This document shows positions 35,457 to 40,510 of a DNA stretch of 40,510 bases, piece after piece. The number at the start of each line of letters is the position of its first letter. Position 1 is the stretch's first letter. Source of the DNA: an uncultured Dehalococcoidia bacterium (GTDB taxonomy: Bacteria; Chloroflexota; Dehalococcoidia; SZUA-161). The stretch lies in the NCBI GenBank assembly GCA_964353645.1, contig CAYGWR010000003.1:1-40510 (forward strand), given 5' to 3'. Under the pieces are notes generated by a model. It saw nothing but the letters and a program-made list of their open reading frames with translations, was not told the DNA's origin and did no database searches. The translations under genes were made by a program, and so were the position numbers.

Positions 35457-36761
35457 ATGGCGTTGATAGACAAGCACCCCGAGTTGGCACGCTACATCAC
35501 AGAGCGCGAATGGTTCCAGTTCCTCCGCGAGCAGACTCTGGCTCTGATCGAGATCCCTGAAATGCAGCTTCAGGTGAAGACGCTCGATTCTCTCCTGAAG
35601 ATGTATGACAGGATACTTGACGCCGTGGAGAACGACAAGCCGTTCCTTTCCAGCTACTACTGTCTGGCACCTGAGCTATACACTGCGATGAACCTGCCTT
35701 ATTATATGGTCATGCAGACTCCGTTCCTTGCATCCTCGGTACCTTATCTCCTCAGTGATATCGATGCTGCCGAAGTGATGGGACTGGGGAGTGACCTCTG
35801 CACAGCCATCAGGTTGTCGATATATTATGTTGAGGCCAACCTCTCACCCTTACCTACCTGCGCCCTGAACCTGCTTTACCCCTGCGACGGCGCTCCGCTG
35901 CTTCACGAGGTAATCAAGCGTAATGAACGCTGGCGCAATATCCCGATGTTCGCCCCCGACCCGCCGTACTATACAGATGAACGGAGTTTGAGTTATTTTG
36001 CCAGTGAGCTGCGCAAGATGGTGAAGTTCATCGAGAAGCATACAGGCAAGAAGATGGACATGGACAAGCTGAAAGAGACCCTGGAATGCTCCAATCAGAT
36101 GTTTCGGCTGTGGGACGAATACAATCAGTTGCGCCGTAATGTGCCGAGCCCTCACGGCTGGGGTATAGGCGCTCCTCAGTGTTTCTCTCAAGCCTGGGTA
36201 TATGAGGCAGGCACTCCGGAAGGCGTCGGATGGTTCAAGAAGCTGGTAGAAATAGCCGAGATAAACGTGAAAGCTGGCATAGGGCCTGTGGCCAAGGAAA
36301 AGATAAGGTTGTTCTGGTTCGACCTTCTGCCCTTCGGCTGGGTCTTCGACTTCCTGCCGTGGCTTGAGGAGGAGTGGGGGGCGGTCATGGTCATGGATAT
36401 GTTCGGCAACTATCCCTATACTATGATCGATACCTCCAACGAAGAGCAGATGTGGCTGGACCTCGCCAAGAGGAATCTTTTCGACTCGCCCATGGTGAGA
36501 CAGGCGCGAGGTGTGGCCGACAACTTCGCCAACGATATCAAACGAATAGTGCGGGACTACAAAATCGACGTGGTAATCTGGCCTGGACATATGGGCCACA
36601 AAGACGGTTCGGCGACTGTGGGCATCATGAGAGAGACCTGCCGCGATCTCAACGTGCCGTTTGTTCACCTGGGTCTCGACCTGTTCGACAGGAGATACTC
36701 GACACCTGACCAGATCAAGGACAAGATATCTCGGTTCTTCAGAGCTATGGGGCTGGGTTAA
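35457..36761 (+). CDS. 2-hydroxyacyl-CoA dehydratase / class I benzoyl-CoA reductase family subunit (HgdA/FldB-like)
   Basis: PELY.AM, G.GSDLCT, PCD, FIEKHTGKKMDMDKL, EKIRLFW, DYKIDVVI, LDLFDRR. Confidence 0.88.
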   Translation: MALIDKHPELARYITEREWFQFLREQTLALIEIPEMQLQVKTLDSLLKMYDRILDAVENDKPFLSSYYCLAPELYTAMNLPYYMVMQTPFLASSVPYLLSDIDAAEVMGLGSDLCTAIRLSIYYVEANLSPLPTCALNLLYPCDGAPLLHEVIKRNERWRNIPMFAPDPPYYTDERSLSYFASELRKMVKFIEKHTGKKMDMDKLKETLECSNQMFRLWDEYNQLRRNVPSPHGWGIGAPQCFSQAWVYEAGTPEGVGWFKKLVEIAEINVKAGIGPVAKEKIRLFWFDLLPFGWVFDFLPWLEEEWGAVMVMDMFGNYPYTMIDTSNEEQMWLDLAKRNLFDSPMVRQARGVADNFANDIKRIVRDYKIDVVIWPGHMGHKDGSATVGIMRETCRDLNVPFVHLGLDLFDRRYSTPDQIKDKISRFFRAMGLG

Positions 36762-36786
36762 ATAACCAATGGGAAAATAGTCAGTC

Positions 36787-36832
36787 ACCCTGAGCGTCGA
36801 CGAGGGCTGATGCTCCTCGTTGCGCTCAGGGT
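36787..36832. repeat. Intergenic palindrome (REP-like or terminator-like)
   Basis: ACCCTGAGCG-T-CGACGAGG-GCTGATGCT-CCTCGTTG-CGCTCAGGGT: 10 bp perfect outer stem plus 8 bp inner stem with one G-U pair. Confidence 0.6.
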
Positions 36833-36869
36833 TTAGATTCAAGCTAAACGTTATGGCCGAGGAATTCGA

Positions 36870-37667
36870 TTGATGTCTGTCTTCGATGCCTACATAAGAA
36901 AGGTAGCCGGGTACATTGAAGTAATGCAAAGCGGCGGCAGGCAGGTCAGGGTTTTCGATTGCCCCGGTGATCCGGAAAGATTGCTAGGGGGGCTGCCTGT
37001 AAGGGTTGGGCCCGGGGCAGGCTCGGGAATAGTCCTGCGTGGAGACACCTTTGCCGAGCTTGGCAGTCCCGAAGCCGGTTCCTGTGCCTTTCCCCTTTGG
37101 ACCAACAATACCGAGCTTGTCAGAGACGGCAGGATAACCCTTATCGGCCCGGATATCCTCGAATCCCGAGGAGAAAGCTTACCCTTTGGCCAAATCCTCA
37201 TAGCGGCAGGGGGGAAACTCAGCGACAAACAGCACTCTGCACTGGACGAAAGTCAATATATTTCCGATCAGATTGAAGGCTACATGGTAAAGAGCACGCC
37301 GGGGTGCATGTGGACGAGAATAAGCAACCACGCTGCAGAGAGGGGGCTCGGCTTCGAAGCACTGGGAAAGGCACTTATGGCCATCTACAAGTCCCATGTA
37401 TCCCAGATAGAGGCGATGGAGATCGTTTTCGTCACCTCGGGCAAAGAAGATGTGCGACGGCTGGACGAAATCGCAGAGCAGGTAAAGAAAATAAGCAAGG
37501 ATATCATCAGGGAAACATGGCTGGCCAGAGGCTACGACATCCTTGAATGCACCCTGGGCTGGGATTGCGAGTCTTGCCTTGATAAACCTGTGTGCGATGA
37601 CATCAAGACAGTGATAACCGTGCGCAAGAAGAAATCCGGCAAGCCTCAAGCTTCAACTAAGAAGTAA
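36870..37667 (+). CDS. Truncated acetyl-CoA synthase (AcsB/CdhC)-like protein with a C-terminal 4-Cys motif
   Basis: ELGSP...DGRITLIGPDI...LPFG...IEGYM...WTRIS..A...G.GF..LG..L...YK...IEAMEIVFVT resembles the ACS middle domain. Ends with CTLGWDCESCLDKPVC. No A-cluster domain. Confidence 0.7.
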   Translation: MMSVFDAYIRKVAGYIEVMQSGGRQVRVFDCPGDPERLLGGLPVRVGPGAGSGIVLRGDTFAELGSPEAGSCAFPLWTNNTELVRDGRITLIGPDILESRGESLPFGQILIAAGGKLSDKQHSALDESQYISDQIEGYMVKSTPGCMWTRISNHAAERGLGFEALGKALMAIYKSHVSQIEAMEIVFVTSGKEDVRRLDEIAEQVKKISKDIIRETWLARGYDILECTLGWDCESCLDKPVCDDIKTVITVRKKKSGKPQASTKK

Positions 37668-37730
37668 TTATATAAACAGGGCCACTGTCAAAGACTCGCA
37701 GCTTAAATAAATAGATAGGTGTTAGTATTG

Positions 37731-38519
37731 ATGCCACAATCTCTTAGCCCCACCAAGAGGCTGGTCGCTGTATGTGGCAAGGGAGGCACTGGTAAAACAG
37801 CGCTCACTGCCATGATGACCAGAGTCCTGCTAGACAGCGGCAAGGCTGGCAAGCTGCTGCTCATCGACGCCGACCCGGCCATGGGCTTGCCTACCGCCCT
37901 GGGCATAAAAGTCAAACGAACTATGGGCCAGGTTCGCGAGGAGATAATCAAGACCGCCAGGGGCAGCGACAAGGAGAAAAAGACCAAGCTAGCCAGTATG
38001 CTTGATTATATGGTCTTGGAAGCCCTTTATGAAACAGACCATTTCGCCCTGCTGGCTATGGGGCGGACCGAAACTCTGGGCTGCTTCTGCCCGGTCAATG
38101 ACCTGCTGAGAGATGGAATAGAGACCCTTTCCAAAAGCTTCGATACCATCATCATCGATGGCGAAGCGGGCGTGGAACAAATTAACAGGCAGGTCATGCG
38201 CCACGTGGATACACTGGTCATCGTCAGCGATGCTACATCCAGAGGCATCCAAACCGCAGCCCTGATAAAGAAGATGGTGCAGGGCGATCGAGTGATACAA
38301 TGTGAAAAAGTAGGCCTGGTCTTCAACAGGGTTCAGGGCAACGAAGAGCTACTGAAACAAGCTGCGCAGGAGATGGGGCTGAATGTTTTTGGCTATATAC
38401 CGCAGGACGAAAATATAGCCTACTATGATCTGGTGGGCAAATCTATCCTCGAACTCCCCACAACATCACCTGCCCTTTCGGCAGTAAATAATGTCGTGGC
38501 AAACCACATCCTCGAATAG
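37731..38519 (+). CDS. CooC/AcsF-type MinD-family ATPase (Ni-insertion family)
   Basis: Deviant Walker A GKGGTGKT, LIDADP, LLAMGR...GCFCP (CxC), DGEAGVEQINR. Start is ATG 37731 or GTG 37719. Confidence 0.9.
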   Translation: MPQSLSPTKRLVAVCGKGGTGKTALTAMMTRVLLDSGKAGKLLLIDADPAMGLPTALGIKVKRTMGQVREEIIKTARGSDKEKKTKLASMLDYMVLEALYETDHFALLAMGRTETLGCFCPVNDLLRDGIETLSKSFDTIIIDGEAGVEQINRQVMRHVDTLVIVSDATSRGIQTAALIKKMVQGDRVIQCEKVGLVFNRVQGNEELLKQAAQEMGLNVFGYIPQDENIAYYDLVGKSILELPTTSPALSAVNNVVANHILE

Positions 38520-38525
38520 TGCCTT

Positions 38526-39974
38526 TTATGAAACGTCCTGCGCCCCAATCTCAGCTACGAACTTATGGTAGTCAACAAAGCGGTTCAGGGCGCGGCAGGC
38601 CTTACGCAGTGAATTATAGACTGTTACCCCGGCTTCCCTCAGTTGCTGCGCATACTTTTCAGTATCATGAACCTGCCCCTCCTCCGACAAGGCTACAACC
38701 ACCGGCTTGATCGAGTGTTTTTCTTGTGCAGAACCCGAGATACGTTTATGTAGCTCACCCATCGCACCAACCATCGGCCCCGCAAAGAACTCAGCTCCCA
38801 GATGCAACATTATAATATCTATTTGAGGGTCAGCGGCCAGCAGCTCATAGGTTCGCTGCAGAGAGGAAATATCCATAACCACGCTGGGCACATCTATGGG
38901 ATTCGCCACACCCTGGTTCACCAGAGAAATAAACTCAAGCAGCCCTTGTCTGGTATTCTCCGAGAGTGCTGGCAACTCAATCCCCTCATCAGCACAGATA
39001 TCTCCGGTGGCTACGCTGCTGCCCCCGCCAGCCACCAAAACAGCAGCACGTTTACCCTGCGATGGCTTCAAACGGAGAAGGGTCATAGTTATCTCACCCA
39101 TCTCTTCAATCGAATTAACCTCTATCGCCCCTGTCTGCTTGAAGAATGCCCCCCAGATTTGTCTATTCCCTGCCAGTGAACCGGTGTGTGAAACCGCTGC
39201 CCTGGCGCCTGAGCTTGTAAGACCGCCCTTCCAGATAACAACGGGCTTCACTGGATTTATCCCGCTCACCAACTCCCTAAGTCTCCTGCCATCCTTAACG
39301 CCCTCCAGATACATACATATAATTTGGGTTTCCGGGTCATTGGCAAGGTACTCAAGAAAGTCAGGAGCATCCATCAAGAGCGCGTTTCCGTAGCTTATCA
39401 CCTTGCTGAAGCCGAAGCCGAGCTCCGGGCCACGTATCAGGTATATGCGCGCATGGCCCCCGCTTTGAGAAACAAAAGCCACTGGCCCCCGGACAGGCGG
39501 CGTGTCTGCATGCATCTGCATATTGATTGAAGGTATCTGGAAGCCCAGGCAGTTCGGGCCTATGACCCTGAGGTCTTCCTTCAATGCTATCTGTTTTATC
39601 TGGTTCTCCAACTCCTCTCCCTCGGCCTGCCCGGTTTCACCAAAGCCGGAGGTGCATATCTGCACATTGCGTACCTTTGCTGCCGCACAGTCTGCCACCA
39701 CTTGAGGAACCACCGCGGGAGGCACTGTAACTATGGCCAGGTCTAATAGCTCGGGGATGGAGGTTACACTGGGGTAGACTTTGATACCTTCGATAACGCT
39801 AGCATTAGGATTGACAGGGTATACTCGACCCTGGAAGCCTGCTTTCAGCAGAATACGAAGTAGCCCCACTCCCGTGTAGCCAGGATGGGGTGTGCTATCG
39901 CTCCTGGAGACGCCCACTATAGCAACAGTTTTAGGTGGGAAGCCCTCTCCAAAATTCCAACCTTGCTTCGCCAT
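38526..39974 (-). CDS. ADP-forming acyl-CoA synthetase alpha subunit (CoA-binding; AcdA-like), second copy
   Basis: PKTVAIVGVS, VYPVNP, TSGFGETG, IGPNCLG, SQSGG, SYGN, YLEG, VSHTGSLAG, NPIDV. Homology begins near MAKQGWNF, so the start was moved from 40349 to 39974. Confidence 0.9.
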   Translation of the reverse strand: MAKQGWNFGEGFPPKTVAIVGVSRSDSTPHPGYTGVGLLRILLKAGFQGRVYPVNPNASVIEGIKVYPSVTSIPELLDLAIVTVPPAVVPQVVADCAAAKVRNVQICTSGFGETGQAEGEELENQIKQIALKEDLRVIGPNCLGFQIPSINMQMHADTPPVRGPVAFVSQSGGHARIYLIRGPELGFGFSKVISYGNALLMDAPDFLEYLANDPETQIICMYLEGVKDGRRLRELVSGINPVKPVVIWKGGLTSSGARAAVSHTGSLAGNRQIWGAFFKQTGAIEVNSIEEMGEITMTLLRLKPSQGKRAAVLVAGGGSSVATGDICADEGIELPALSENTRQGLLEFISLVNQGVANPIDVPSVVMDISSLQRTYELLAADPQIDIIMLHLGAEFFAGPMVGAMGELHKRISGSAQEKHSIKPVVVALSEEGQVHDTEKYAQQLREAGVTVYNSLRKACRALNRFVDYHKFVAEIGAQDVS

Positions 39975-40062
39975 GCTCTCTGACTCAATCATCAACCATT
40001 CGAGTATACCAATTAAATCGCCATTTGTCATTCGTTGTACAGGACTAGATTGTCTAGCAAAT

Positions 40063-40171
40063 AGGGAGTGCAGAGGGGCGAAGCCCTCCTTCCTAGAGAA
40101 AGACTGGGGGTCTGGGGGTGTCCCCCAATTTTTCCTTCTCCCCCAAGGCTGGGGGAGCCAGAGGGGGTTGA
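40063..40171. repeat. Composite G/C-run multi-hairpin element
   Basis: Three consecutive stems: GAGGGGC-GAA-GCCCTC (40073-40088), TGGGGG-TGT-CCCCCA (40113-40127) and CTCCCCCA-AGGC-TGGGGGAG (40138-40157). Confidence 0.6.
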
Positions 40172-40420
40172 TATGCTGCATGTGATTAGCCTTCAACCAT
40201 GAAAACGATGCCCTGCATCGGTTCATGCTGTCCTCAGTTCGATGTCTGGTAATCTGACCACTGTATTTTGTAGCATGGGCAAACATGCAATCGCAATTGC
40301 ATTCTGCACTGACAGGCAACAGTTGCAGCCAGTATGAAGTACCATGCACCTATTTTTCTCCAGTATTCGGGTAATATGGCCCCCAGTACAAAAGTAGGAT
40401 ACCACTGAGAAAGACGATGT

Positions 40421-40450
40421 ATTATACTTGTAATTTGCAGGAGGTTGAAA
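40421..40450 (-). promoter_or_regulatory. Possible sigma70 promoter for the minus-strand ligase gene
   Basis: Minus-strand TATAAT at 40426-40421 with a weak -35 (TTTCAA at 40450-40445, 18 nt spacer). Confidence 0.3.
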
Positions 40451-40510
40451 CTGGGGAGGTGAGACAGAGTTGGAAGAAGGAGACTCCTTGAACGCAGTGT
40501 TCCAGTTTAT

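Noticed and set aside
33432-36761. Canonical four-subunit class I benzoyl-CoA reductase
   Set aside because: Only one activator gene is present, and no dienoyl-CoA hydratase or ring-hydrolase genes.
33866-36929. Long minus-strand ORFs (319, 295 and 359 aa) and similar antisense ORFs elsewhere, e.g. 24327..25139
   Set aside because: They shadow well-supported plus-strand genes and have no recognisable motifs.
36870-38519. Functional CODH/ACS (Wood-Ljungdahl) locus
   Set aside because: The ACS-like protein lacks the A-cluster ligands, and no CODH or corrinoid Fe-S protein genes are in the window.
38519-38710. 63 aa plus-strand ORF after the CooC-like gene
   Set aside because: Lies antisense within the 3' end of the ligase gene and has no motifs.
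39975-40349. 125 aa N-terminal extension of the minus-strand ligase
   Set aside because: Low-plausibility sequence running through palindromic elements; family homology starts near 39974.
1-40510. CRISPR array, tRNA/rRNA, transposase/integrase, KstR operator
   Set aside because: No regularly spaced repeats, RNA gene signatures, recombinase motifs or TnnAACnnGTTnnA sites were noticed on manual reading.

Overview
A 40.5 kb catabolic gene island from an anaerobic bacterium, almost entirely on the + strand. Gene content and GC-rich intergenic hairpins suggest a Dehalococcoidia/Chloroflexota-like or deltaproteobacterial host; this is inference only. In order it encodes: an AOR-family tungsten oxidoreductase with MoeB-like and MoaD-like partners; seven phytoene-dehydrogenase-like (COG1233) flavoproteins plus a remnant of an eighth; a two-gene family III CoA-transferase; a Zn alcohol dehydrogenase; a family I CoA-transferase (A/B); a decayed EchA19-like crotonase; an Ltp4/Ltp3-like pair with two DUF35 proteins; an ADP-forming acyl-CoA ligase alpha subunit; and an igr-operon-like module (heteromeric acyl-CoA dehydrogenase, ChsH2-N/ChsH1-like MaoC pair, Ltp2-like aldolase, a second Ltp2 paralog lacking both catalytic Tyr, two DUF35 proteins). 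It ends with an activator plus two-subunit 2-hydroxyacyl-CoA dehydratase/class I benzoyl-CoA reductase-family set, a truncated acetyl-CoA-synthase-like protein with a CooC-type ATPase, and a convergent second ligase alpha subunit. Best overall hypothesis: an oxygen-independent pathway for steroid, terpenoid or other branched-chain substrates in which flavoprotein hydroxylases, ADH and AOR replace the P450 step upstream of actinobacterial-type side-chain cleavage. Non-coding highlights are a near-consensus CIRCE element upstream of non-chaperone genes and several palindromic elements. I saw no rRNA, tRNA, CRISPR, transposase, regulator or transporter genes. All family assignments come from motif recognition by eye, not database searches.
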